NCBI GenBank assembly: GCA_035221665.1
Contig: CM069140.1
Location: 22,754,001 to 22,818,000 of the forward strand
Direction of reading: 5' to 3'
Source of the DNA: Okamejei kenojei
Taxonomy: Eukaryota
Length of the DNA stretch: 64,000 bases
This document shows positions 1 to 11,462 of this stretch, piece by piece (the first letter of the stretch is position 1; every line of letters begins with the position of its first letter). The position numbers and the translations under genes are program-made. The notes below the pieces were generated by a model. That model was not told the DNA's origin. It was given only the letters and a program-made list of their open reading frames with translations, and did no database searches.

Positions 1-199
1 TAACCAGTGCGTTTCTTATGGACAAAAGGTACCAGCACACATATTTTTCTTGGTGGTGTCAATGGCGGTTTGTTGAACTATAAGCTGCTTTAGCTAGTTA
101 AGGGTCTAACCACCCAATTTAATTAATAAATGTTATTTTTTAAATTACAGTTATTTTTTGTAATATTAAAAATGTGAAAATCTAGTTTATAGAGGTGCC

Positions 200-712
200 A
201 GCACACTGTGGATACTGATACAGTACTGTGCATACCATCATTTAAGGTAATCACGGCGGTACACCTCAAAGGCAGAGCCACTCCCAACATCTACATGAGT
301 CGCCGCTTCAAGAAAGCTGCATCTATCATAAAGGATTCCCGCCAACCGCATCATACCTTTTCTCACTTCTACCATCTGGTAGGAGGTACAGAAGCCTGAA
401 GTCCCGCACCAGCAGGTTCAGGAACAGCTACTTTCCTCCAAAATCTGCTTCTTGAACTGACCTGCAACATCCTAATCCTCAGTAATGGAACACTAGTGAC
501 CATCTGTTGCATTATCAATAATTTATTTTCAAATTGTGTTTTGTACTAATATCTTGTTTTCCGCAATCCTTTCCTTTTCATTGTCGTGAACAATTGATGC
601 ATAATTTATGTTTTTGTGTGTTGTCTGTGTCCGTGTGACTACAAGCAAGATATTTGATGTATCTGTACCTCACTGTCCTTGTGCATATGACAAAAATTCA
701 ACTTGACTTGAC
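200..712 (+). mobile_element. Rex1/Babar-type LINE, decayed 3' end
   Basis: Frameshifted C-terminal motifs KKAASIIKD..H and LPSGRRYRSLKSRTSRFRNSYF, followed by an (ACTTG)n tail near 700-712. Boundaries approximate. Confidence 0.7.
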
Positions 713-1035
713 TTGGGACAGAAAAGGTAAAACTATGCTTCATGCCACCTATCTGTTCCCTGTTTGTATCTCCCATTAGATTAACACGTAGTTTAGTATG
801 AATAAGCAATGCAAAAAAGGTTCAGGGACTATGCATCAGGTGGTTACCTTCATTGGCAAAACAATTTCAAAATTACTTCTGAATATTTTTCATAGCCTGG
901 CTTCGAATTTTCACAAATTAGAAACCACTCATTTGGAGCTTTTGATCTTCCTTCTTATGCAAAATCACGCATTTTGCTATTTAAATGTCACTCAATCCTA
1001 TTTTAAAAATCACAATGTCCAAATTAGTTTATGGT

Positions 1036-3500
1036 CATATAGAAACATAGAAACATTGAAAATAGGTGCAGGAGTAGGCCATTCGGCCCTTCGAGCCTAC
1101 ACCGCCATTCAATATGATCATGGCTGATCATCCAACTCAGTATCCTGTACCTGCCTTCTCTCCACACCTCCTGATTCCTTTAGTAGGTATGTTACAATAC
1201 CTACCTTTAGCAGCACTGCAGTTCTGCCGCTCCCCGTGTGCGTGACTTTGGGGCCTTTCAGAGGGGGGCGGGTTTAAAATCCCGTTTTTCCCCAGACGGT
1301 CCAAATCGATCTATGTCGGGCGATTTCGTCACTAAAGAGAAATCGCTCCTACATTTCATTCATGAAGTTATTTTTAAACTACGCTAGATTATTTATTAAC
1401 TAGAGTAGTTTAAAAATCATCTTCTAAAGCTCTAAACGCTGACAGCAGAACGGACCTAACGTAGGCAATAAAAGAAGCGACACCGTTTATTTTTTCATAA
1501 AAACTTGGTTTTTAGGAAGCATTTAATCACATTTTCATGTTGCGAGAAGGGGACAAAAAGAATGTATGAACTGGCTGTATTTTCCCTGCCGACTTCAGCG
1601 CAAACCGCAATGTTCTAATCCACCGCATTCCACTAAAACCCATTCGCAAGTTGATTTAAATGGCCATTAATTTACAGGCATTAAACACTAAATCCCTTCC
1701 ATTTGGCCTATAAATTCATGAAAATGAGATTTAAAAATCATGTTATATTGTGGATTATTGTGTGAATGTTATTTGGACACTTAGGCAATTTAAAAATGTT
1801 TATCATTTCTTAAGAAATGGATAAATGTTTAGATCTAGTAATTGAATTTTGTAATTAGCTACAATTAGATAACTAACTAATTATATGCTTTAATTTCAGG
1901 TCATCCAAGTAATATTGTTTCATATTTGTTTCAGAATGCTTCAATCTATAATAACTGAACATTTTATTGAGTTCTCTTAATTTTTAAGAAAGTTATGGGC
2001 TTTTGACTGTTCTAGATCACAGCTTTTGTGTTAAGTCAATGGAAAGGCAATGGGGAACAAGATGCTAATTTCCGAGTATGAAAATGGCCATAACTTTTTT
2101 AATACTGAAGATATGAAAGTGAATTCGGTGTCAAATTAAACTTCTTTTTATACTTTATCTGATGGGATAAATTGCAGACTTGATGTTTAAAATCTCAAAA
2201 TTTTGTAACATTGCTACCTCTAGCCACAAGGGCCACATCTAACTCCCTCTTAAATATAGCCAATGAAGTGGCCTCAACTACCTTCTGTGGCAGACAATTC
2301 CAGAGATTCACCCTCTGTGTGAAAATTTTTTTTCTCATCTCGGTCCTAAAAGATTTCCCCCTTATCCTTAAACTGTGACCCCTTGTTCTGGACTTCCCCA
2401 ACATCGGGAACAATCTTCCTGCATCTAGCCTGTCCAACCCCTTAAGAATTTTGTAAGTTTCTATAAGATCCCCCCTCAATCTTCTAAATTCTAGCGAGTA
2501 CAAGCAGAGTCTATCCAGTCTTTCTTCATATGAAAGTCCTGACATCCCAGGAATCAGTCTGGTGAACCTTCTTTGTACTCCCTCTATGGCAAGAATGTCT
2601 TTCCTCAGATTTGGAGACCAAAACTGTACGCAATACTCCAGGTGTGGTCTCACCAAAACCCTGTACAACTGCAGTAGAACCTCCCTGCTCCTATACTCAA
2701 ATCCTTTTGCTATGAATGCTAACATACCATTCGCTTTCTTCACTGCCTGCTGTATCTGCATGCCTACTTTCAGTGACTGGTGTACCATGACACCCAGGTC
2801 TCGTTGCATCTCCCCTTTTCCTAATCGGCCACCATTCAGATAATAGTCTACTTTCCTGATTTTGCCACCAAAGTGGATAACCTCACATTTATCCACATTA
2901 TACTGCATCTTCCATGCATTTGCCCACTCACCCAGCCTATTCAAGTCACCTTGCAGCCTCCTAGTATCCTCATCACAGCTAACACTGCCCCCCCAGCTTC
3001 GTGTCATCCGCAAACCTGGAGATGTTGCATTCAATTCCCTCGTCCAAATCATTAATATATATTGTAAATAGCCGGGGTCCCAGCACTGAGCCTTGCGGTA
3101 CCCCACTAGTCACTACCTGCCATTCTGAAATGGACCCGTTTACTCCTCCTCTTTGCTTCCTGTCTGCCAGCCAGTTCTCTATCCACATCAATAATGAACC
3201 ACCAATACCGTGTGCTTGAAGTTTGTATACTAATCTCTTATGTGGGACTTTGTCGAAAGCCTTCTGAAAGTCCAGATATAAAATATCCACTCGTCCTCCC
3301 TTATCCACTCTACTAGTTACATCCTCGAAAAATTCTATAAAATTCGTCAGACATGATTAACCTTTCGTAAATCCATGCTGACTTTGTCCAATGATTTCAC
3401 CACTTTCCAAATGTGCTGCTATCCCATCTTTAATAATGGACTCTAGCAGTTTCCCCACTACCAGTGTTAGACTAACTGGTCTGTAATTCCCCGTTTTCTC
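1036..3500 (-). mobile_element. CR1-clade LINE, 5'-truncated, split by a DNA transposon at 1184-2216
   Basis: Minus ORFs 2979..3308 ([31 protein letters not shown]) and 2195..3106 (VRPHLEYCVQFWSP, RLRGDLIE, SRTRGH) are CR1 RT and C-terminus with one frameshift. (AGAAACAT)n tail at 1036-1056. The 3' UTR continues across the insertion (CCTTTAG|CCACAAG). Confidence 0.93.
1184..2216. mobile_element. Non-autonomous DNA transposon (TAG...CTA termini, hAT-like) inserted in CR1
   Basis: 14-bp imperfect TIR TAGGTATGTTACAA / TTGTAACATTGCTA (12/14). Flanking duplication CCTTTAG (1177-1183) / CCTCTAG (2217-2223). No ORF. Superfamily is inferred. Confidence 0.8.
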
Positions 3501-3921
3501 TACACTAAGGAGCAATGAAATTCCTCCACCTCATGAAGCTCATAGAGTGAACAGTACACATGGTAATCGTTGAAACAATAAATACAACAGCTAATGCAAA
3601 ATGATGCAAAGATTGTAGTGCAATCAGAAGTAGGGCAAAAAAAAACATAAGTACAATAAAAGGATAACCAAATGAGGTATGAGTACATAGCAGCACCTCT
3701 AGGAAGGGGATGTGATAGAGATGATTGGTTCAGTAGTCTGAGAGCTGTGGGGAAGAAGCTATTTTAAGTTTGGATGTCCAGACTATCAAGCTCCTACTTT
3801 CAAGCTTTCAAGCTCCCAGAAGGTAGAAGAAAAATAAGGGAATGGCCAGAGTGGCCGACACCCTTGACAATACTTCCAGGTTTCCTGATGCAATATACCG
3901 TGAAGATGGACTAGATCGCAA

Positions 3922-4671
3922 ACACAATCACAATAATATTTATTAGCCAAGAACGTTTTGCAACATAAACGAGGAATATCATTTGCCAAGTCAGTCATAC
4001 AAAAAGAAGCAACGGAACACACATAACACATTTTAACATAAACATCCACCGCAGTGACTCCTCCACATTCCTTACTGTGATGGAAGGTGAAAAAAAGTTC
4101 AATCTCTTCCCTTCTTTGTTCTCCCGCGTTCGGGGGCCTCGAGCCTTCCGTTGACGGGACGATCTTCACTCCTGTAGCCGGCAGCATTTTGGCCCTCCAC
4201 ATCGGGGCGATCAGCTCCTGCATCGGGGGGATGTCAGCTCCCCTGTGCTGGCGATCGAACCCTGCGTCGGGGCTGGTTGAACCTTCCATGACTTTGGAGC
4301 TTCCCGACTCGGCCTCTCCCGAGACTGTGAGCTCCCGATGTAAAGTCCGCAGGTCGCAGTTGGAACGATCGTAGGCAAGGGATCGACTCCGGTGTTAAGT
4401 CCACTCCCCACGTTGGGGGCCAAGGTCAGTCTGAGGAGGCCTCCAGCTCCACCGATGGTAGGCCGCAGAGCAACCGGAGACATGATCTAAAAAGTAATCG
4501 CATCTCCGGCAAGGTAAGAACTGAAAAAGTTTCCCCCGACCCCTACCCCCAACACCCACATAAAACAAACCAGAGAACATTTACACAAACCTTTAACACA
4601 CAGTAAAAATTTTTTTAAAAGACGAAAAAACAGACTGTTGACGGGGCTGCCAATCGTACGGCGCCCCTGGT
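3922..4671 (-). mobile_element. Non-autonomous retroposon-like repeat, copy A, nested in the Rex1 remnant
   Basis: CpG-rich body. The minus strand ends in AATAAA plus a short tandem tail (3922-3945). Shares ordered blocks with 4887-5515. Confidence 0.55.
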
Positions 4672-4886
4672 GGAGACAGAAGGAAGTGACAAACATGTGA
4701 TGAACTGGGCTGCATTTACCATTCTCTGTGGGTTCAGATGGTCATAAGCAGAGCAGTAGCCACGCTAGGCCAAGGTGCACCTCGTCAGAATACTTTCTGT
4801 AGGGTATCTGTTGAAGTTCAAGAGAATTCTCGTGAACCTTCTCAGATGCCTAAGAAAGTAAATCTGCTATTATGCTTTCTTGATCA

Positions 4887-5515
4887 AAAGTTTCAAAGAT
4901 CTTTTATTGTCACGTGAACCAATTAATGTACAGTGATATGCGCATTACCATACAGCCATACCAAAAATAGCAACAAGACATATAACTACATAAACATCCA
5001 CCACAGCAGATTCCCCACATTCCTCACTGTGATGATAAGCAATAAAGTCTAATCTTCTGCCCTCATTTTTCTCCCGCGGTCGGTGCAGTTGAACCATCCA
5101 TCGGTGCGTTCAAAGCGCCTATGGGAAGAAGTTCCTGATGTCGGTCTCTGACCAGAGACCGCAAGCTCCGTGATGTTAAAGTCCGCAGGCACATGCGGTA
5201 GAGCTCAGAGATTGATCCCTGGCTAAGGGATTACGAGCTCCGCACTGTTAAAGTCCCGCAGCTACCGCGGTGGCACTTTCAAAATCGGTCCCTAGCAAAG
5301 GCCATCAACTCCTCAATGTTAGGCGCAATGCGGATGGACATACGATACAGAAAAAAATCGCACCTCCGTCGAGGTAAGATATTAGAAAAAGTTTCCCCTA
5401 ACCCCCTCCCCCGCCCCCCCACATAAACAAGCTAAAGAACACTACAAAAATACATTTAACACATACTAAAAAATCAACGAAGAAGAAAGGAACAGACTGT
5501 TGGTGAGGCAGCAAT
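4887..5515 (-). mobile_element. Non-autonomous retroposon-like repeat, copy B
   Basis: Shares ACATAAACATCCACC, CCACATTCCTyACTGTGATG, TAAAGTCCGCAGG, AAAAAGTTTCCCC and AACAGACTGTTG with copy A. Minus-strand AATAAA near 4903-4909. Confidence 0.55.
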
Positions 5516-6466
5516 AAGGGGTTCAGGTTAGATCTCTGGTGATATGGATGCAAAGCAAGTCAATGCTGTTGACCATCTCAATAGCACACTGTAGATGTGG
5601 ATAGCGTTGTGTTCGCCCCTCTGTCCTAACCCCCCCCCCCCCCCCCACAGCTCCCCCCCCCCCCACCACAGCTTCCTTAGATCAACCGCCAACTCCTTCC
5701 TCATGCTGACATGAAGGACTAGGTTGTTCTGACACCATGGCACAATGTTCTCCATCACATTCCTGTACACCTTGTCATAATTGTCATTGATCTGGCTGAC
5801 AACAATGGTACCATCGATGAGTTAAAGATCGTTAGCGCTTTACTGAGCCATATAGTCACAGATGTACAAGGAGTAGAGTAGGGGATGAGCATCATGGAGT
5901 TTATGTTATGATCAATTCGACCCGACAGTACAGATCTTTCAAGTCTTAACTGAAACATACAAGGAGACCAATTGATTTCAACATCTATTTATTTCCAGGG
6001 TTATTTGCATTGTTATTGTACTCCTACCCTTCAAGCATAAAGAAATACATCCTGGCATCAGTATTCAACTTTGCCGCAACTAAATGTAAAATTAGATCAG
6101 TGAGAAAAATGAGATTTAAATGGGATGAAAATAAGGAATGTTGAATATTTCAATTTGTAAATACGTGTACCCCACAAAATTCAGGAAATATTAAAGGACT
6201 TAAAACAGATTATGCTTGTTCTATAAACATCAGAGCTCATAACAAAAACAAAAACCCAATGTCAGATGGTATTTATCCTCCAGCTCTGGGAAAGGGTAGC
6301 GATTTGTAAAGAATTTAAAACCGCTGAGAGAGTTTTTAGTTAACAGGCCAATGAACCAAAAGAGCTGGCAACACAGCACACTATGAATCTTACACTGGAA
6401 ACAACAAATTGTTGTTTGCAAAGTGTTGCCTATCTCTTTACACCACCCAAAGGAGTGTGAGGAAGG

Positions 6467-7262
6467 ATAGACACAAAGTACTGGAGTAGCTCAGCAGGTC
6501 AGACAATATCTCTGGAGAAAAAGGATAGGTGACGTTTCAGGCAGGGACCCTCTTCAGACTGAACGTGGGGATAGGGAAGTGGGACTGGAAGCAAGAAAAT
6601 ACCTAAATAAATCAGGGCCAACAACAGATTCCCTCAGGCAGGGTGGTTCCCTGATAATCAAATTATTGGCAAGAGAGTGTGATCCCATGAGGGATACATT
6701 GTTGCAAACTGGGGAACTTGTTAACTGCCCTTTAGTGGAGGGAGAGTGGGAAGCTAGTGGGAACCTAAATATGAAAAATGTTACATTCACACGGCTGGGT
6801 TGTAAACTACCCAAATGAAGTATGAGGTGCTGTTCCTCCAATTTGCATGTGGCCTCAAGGGCCTGTCCCAATGTACGGTGAGGTAATTCAAGAGTTTGTA
6901 GGTCACGAGCGGCTATTACCTAATTCTCCGAGTTCGAATCAGGGGAAACTCGGGAGAACTCTTGAATTAGCTCGTACAGTGGGACAGGCCCTTTACTCTG
7001 CCAATGGAGGATAAAGGAGGCCCAGAACAGAAAGCGCAGTATGGTCATGGGAAAGGGATTTAAAATGGTTAGCAACTGGGAGATCCAGGCCTTGACGGAC
7101 CGAGCATAACTGTTCAGCGAAACAGTCGCTGAGTCTACGCTTGGTTTACCCGACGTATAGGAGGGTGAAGAAGTGTCCAATCCGAGACATCGTCTTTCTA
7201 TTTCCTCCAGAGATGCTGCCTGTCTTGTTGAAGTCCTCCAACATTTTGTGTTTTGCTTGAGA
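6467..7262. mobile_element. Penelope-like element remnant with inverted terminal-repeat pieces
   Basis: Minus-strand terminal repeat with hammerhead motif (6528-6560), GIY-YIG-like remnant near 7000-7160, and a degenerate plus-strand terminal repeat at 7165-7260. Confidence 0.7.
6858..6992. mobile_element. PIF/Harbinger-like MITE (135 bp) nested in the Penelope remnant
   Basis: TIR AGGGCCTGTCCCA...TGGGACAGGCCCT with 3-bp flanks TCA/TTA. Same family as 13874-14181. Confidence 0.8.
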
Positions 7263-7439
7263 TTCCATCATTTTCATTCATGTGTAACCGAAGGGCCAAT
7301 ATGACCAGGCTCTTAGTTCTAATCTGTCGCTACATTTCATGCAATTATTCAGTTGCTTTTGAGCAGCAAAATATATCACACAAAAATCAGCCTGTATGTG
7401 TCTCTAAAGTCCTAACATGTCCTAAATATAAAGTATTGG

Positions 7440-7750
7440 GTGTAACGGTAGAATTGCTGCCTTAAAGCATCAGTGATATAAAAGCTGTGCTACAACAGCG
7501 GCAGAGCCCCAGGTTCAATCCTAATTACGGGTGCTGTCTCTTTGGACTTTGTATGTTCTCCCCGTGAGTTTTCTCCGAGTGCTCCGGTTTCCTCCCACAC
7601 TCCAAAGAGGTACAGGTTTGTAGGTCACTTGGCTTCGGTAAAATTGTAAATTGTCCCTAGTGTGCGTAGGTTGGGGTAAGTGTACGGGGATCGATGGTCG
7701 GCGGACCGAAGGGCCTGTTTCCGCGCTGTATCACTAAACTAAAACTAAAC
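7440..7750 (+). mobile_element. tRNA-derived V-SINE (HE1-like)
   Basis: B-box-like GGTTCAATCC, V-domain core GTGCTCCGGTTTCCTCCCACACTCCAAAG, and a (CTAAA)n tail. Confidence 0.8.
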
Positions 7751-7949
7751 TCAGCAGGTCGGGCAGCATCCGTGGAGGGAGATGGACGTTGGTCGGCTCA
7801 CTTCTACACTCTTAAGCTTTTCAATTAAATGTTCTCAGCATTTACATTTTTTTTTTTTAAAAAGACCTTTGCAAACTGTCAACTGACCTTCTGACACGTA
7901 TAATTATTTTGACTAAACCGTGCAAAGTTTCTTGACAGTTCCTGTAAAA

Positions 7950-8300
7950 TACACTCCGGCCGGGCAGCGGGCAGCGGGCAGCGGTCAGGTGATCAGCGCC
8001 AACCGCCGCGCTGGGTCACGTGCCTCTCCTGGCGCAGGAGGCGCGCGCACCAGCAAGCAACCGCGCATGCGCAGCGGATCCGGTGCCACGCACTCGTCGT
8101 CCGGCACGCGCGTGCGCGTTGCGTTGGCTCAGAACCCGTAGGCCTCGGTGCAGCCTCACCACTCCTCACATTTGCACCGGCGGTTTTCCCTCTTTAGTAT
8201 TATTGTGTGGGAAATATGGCTGGTTGGGCAGGATTTTCCGACGAGGAGGTGACACGAATGAAGCAATTAAAAGGTAAAAATGTGCATTGAATGCGCGAGG
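7950..8300 (+). promoter_or_regulatory. GORAB: GORAB CpG-island promoter with E-box and NRF1 motifs
   Basis: Very CpG-rich. GTCACGTG at 8015-8022, GCGCATGCGCA at 8063-8073, GCGCGTGCGC at 8108-8117. Directly upstream of the ATG at 8216. Confidence 0.8.
8216..8273 (+). CDS. GORAB: GORAB (RAB6-interacting golgin) coding exon 1
   Basis: Encodes MAGWAGFSDEEVTRMKQLK, matching the GORAB N-terminus (human MAQGWAGFSEEELRRLKQTK). Donor AAG|GTAAAA, phase 1. Not in the ORF track. Confidence 0.95.
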
Positions 8301-9399
8301 TCGCTAATGAGCATTGCTGACGTCCTTAATGTTTCACCCATGGGCTTTCCAATTAATGCACCTCCCTGGGCCTGAGTTGCTCCGAGAGAGAACGACGATT
8401 TCGGTTATGTTGTCATATTTCTCTTACAGCATAAAAATAAAGTAGACCCATCGATGTTAAAGCTCTTAGCGGATCGTCTCTTAGCGGATTGTCTCAAGGA
8501 GTAGAAGGGTTTAAGCGTCTAATGTGAGAAGGAAATAGTTTGCACTTATTTCTGTAGTGCCATTCTTTCAAGATGCCCTGCGCGATACGAGTTACTCGAT
8601 CGGACAGAAAACACGGCAACCCATATGTTGTGCTTTTTTTTTTCAATTTCAGTCATATTTTAAAGTAGCACTTTTTTCTAGCTGTTCAAGATTTCAGGTT
8701 TTTTTAGGTCAAAATCACATGATTTTGTTTAAAATGGGTTAAAACATTAGTACTGCAGAATGATGTGAATGCAGATCTTATTTGTAAATATATTTGCAAG
8801 GTTTCTTCGCTTGGTCTTGCTCTAATATTGCTTTTAAACCTGGAAGTATAGGGTGGTTGCACGTAAGGTCATCAGTTCAAAGGGTGTGACGCATGGAGTA
8901 GCTCAATCCTTCTAGAGTACAAGGCAGCTTCTGGCATACACTAGTAACACGCAACACATGTTCTTACCTGTTAAAAGCCGCCAAAATGGTCAATTTTTGC
9001 GCTGTAAAAATTTGTGGAAATAGGGGTAACCGTGTGAAAACTGCCAAAATCACTCCTGCTCAATGACTTGCGAAAGAGCAGCGGTTTGAGCGCAAGTCCC
9101 GGCCCACAACCGCCTGGAGGGTGACTGAGCGCTCTGAACCAAATGCTCTAGTATCTTTGCTCTGAACCTGAGCACCAAGGTGTAAGCAGCCGAAGGAGCG
9201 CATCCCTCAGGACAGCCCCCACTCTTCCCCTCCCCCCGGGGTCAGCGCTGTCCGCCACGTCTCCTGTGCGGCCGCACTGTCACGGGCTGTGGGTGGGCGG
9301 GCAGTGCCCACACAAGGGGCCGGGTGGAGCGGGGCCGCTGTCCAGGTAGCAGACACATGGGGACGAAACCCTGGCAATGTCCCCGTCAGCTGCAGCAGA

Positions 9400-9590
9400 G
9401 TTGGGAACAGTCTGGCCCCTCCGCCCACCCCGAGGCAGTCATAGAGAGAACGTATGAATTCCATACAGACAGTGCCCTGGCAGTCATAGGGAGAACGTAT
9501 GAATTCCATACAGACAGCACCCATAGTCAGGATCGAACCTGGGGCTCTGGCGCTGTAGCAACACTGCTTTTATGCCATTGTGCCGCCCTG
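9400..9590 (-). mobile_element. V-SINE 5' fragment with an internal 45-bp tandem duplication (9434-9522)
   Basis: Reverse-complement tRNA head (GGATCGAACC). GGCAGTCATAGrGAGAACGTATGAATTCCATACAGACAG occurs twice. Confidence 0.75.
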
Positions 9591-10905
9591 ACAATATATG
9601 ACAATAAACTAAACAGATCTGACATTACAATGGAATGTGCAAGCTGATAAGTTGAGTGAACATAGCAGTTTGATGTCATATTACATGTAATATATAGATG
9701 CATGTCAGGCAATTGATGCAATTGAGTTATACAGAGACCACCAATCTTTTGTTTGAATTCTCTTCTAGTTAAGTAGTGTCAGTAACCTTGCTTTGCAGAC
9801 GATCCTAATACTTGTGGTTGTGAAAATAATTTGAAAACTGGAAATTTAGTGTCATTAGGCTAAATGTTTGTTTTTAATTCATTGATTCATTGATGTCCTT
9901 CACAAAAGCCCTATAACATTTAGCTTTGTGTCCCTGCTGCTAGAAAATGTCAATGTCGTTTGTTGCCATGGAGTTGGGCAATAAATTAAAAAACTTCCAA
10001 CTGTATTGTACCTTTCATTACCCCCCAAAAAAAGCCAAATGAATTACTTGGTCACAGGTGGAAGGGCCTTGTTTGTTAGTTGTCCATATCCTGTTTTTAT
10101 TTTGTTTAAATCACAGCAAAAGGATTCTGGCTCTGACAGCATCGGCACTGCACCAAAATGTCACCTACGATAATGCATTCAAGTTGCAGATTAGCATTTA
10201 AGTTCATGACATTCTGTTAGGGAATTGGTGAATCCTTAAACATCATTGAATAGTTATGATACAGGAGATGACCCATTTGGTCTATTGTGTGTCTGGAGTG
10301 AAAACGAGCAGCCCAGTCTTATCACATGTACAAATGTTTGGAATAAAGCCTGCATGTCACGGCTTCCCAAGTACACTTTCTTTATAATTTTTTTGGTTTG
10401 CAATCCTTTCCCTATCCCTACAACACCACCCCTTCCTCCCTGCCCACTTCCGATGACAGAGACTAATGCTATTTCTCTCTAATCCTACCAAACCGTGTGC
10501 CCATTTTTTTAAAGAGAAATAGGCTTTCCCTTTGCCTCATCTGATCCAAAAAGAAAAACCATAGCATCTGAACTTCCTCGTGTCTACAATATCCCAAGTT
10601 GGGCAATGCCCTAAAATCGATTCTGCACTCTCCTGTGATGCAAATGAAACAAGTTTTGTTCAGATTGATGGTATATTTTACAAGTTATTAACATTTTAAA
10701 CTTTACAAAAAACACGCTTTAAAAAAATAAACACTTTTCCACTTGCCCTGCCCGTCAGCAGCGTTCCACCTCACAATGACGTCACAATGGGATCCCGAAT
10801 TTCAAGGGGCTCTGGTGTTGGGGTGTCTTGAAGAGCATTATGGTGATTCCCATCAGCTTCATCGGTGCACAGAGAGAGGAGAGCAGGGATCTGAGCATGT
10901 TTTAA

Positions 10906-11462
10906 ACGTTTACATGGTAAATGGTAGGGAATTGAGGAATGCTGTGGAACAGAGGGATCTAGGAATAACTGTGCATAGTTCCCTGAAGGTGGAATCGCAT
11001 GTCGATAGGGTGGTAAAGAAAGCCTTTGGTGTGCTGGCCTTTATAAATCAGAGCATTGAATATAGGAGTAGGGAAGTAATGTTAAAATTGTACAAGGCAT
11101 TGGTAAGACCAATTCTGGAGTATGGTGTACAATTTTGGTCGCCTAGTTATAGGAAGGATGTCAACAAAATAGAGAGAGTACAGAGGAGATTTACTAGAAT
11201 GTTGCCAGGGTTCCAGCAACTATGTTACAGAGAAAGGTTGAACAAGTTAGGTCTTTATTCTTTGGGGCGCAGAAGGTTAAGGGGGGACTTGATTGAGGTC
11301 TTTAAAATGATGAAAGGGATAGACAGAGTTGACGTGGATACGTTTTTCCCATTGAGGGTAGGGCAGTTTCAAACAAGAGGGCATGACATGAGAATTAAGG
11401 GACAGAGGTTTCAGGGTAACGTGAGGGGGAACTTCTTTACTCAGAGGGTGGTGGCTGTGTGG
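10906..11462 (+). mobile_element. CR1-clade LINE internal fragment
   Basis: ORF 10743..11492, from YMVNG onward: RDLGI, LVRPILEYGVQFWSP, RLRGDLIEVFK, TRGH. No 3' tail. Confidence 0.92.

Larger units (their letters stand above)
3503..5925 (-). mobile_element. Decayed Rex1/Babar-type LINE in three pieces (about 3503-3921, 4672-4886, 5516-5925)
   Basis: Minus-strand RT remnants (PWCQNNLVLHVSMRKELAVDLRK in ORF 5528..5770) and a 3'-end remnant resembling 200-712. Interrupted by two younger inserts. Confidence 0.65.

Noticed and set aside
2195-3308. Intact, active reverse transcriptase gene
   Set aside because: Frameshifted, 5'-truncated CR1 copy with a transposon in its 3' UTR.
4496-4519. Minus-strand CTTACCTTGCCGGAGAT resembles the U1 snRNA 5' end (also 5356-5379)
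   Set aside because: Similarity is under 20 nt, internal to the element, and no further U1 stem-loops or Sm site are visible.
7440-7530. tRNA-like A/B boxes (also at 31660 and 40140)
   Set aside because: These are SINE heads with no complete cloverleaf.
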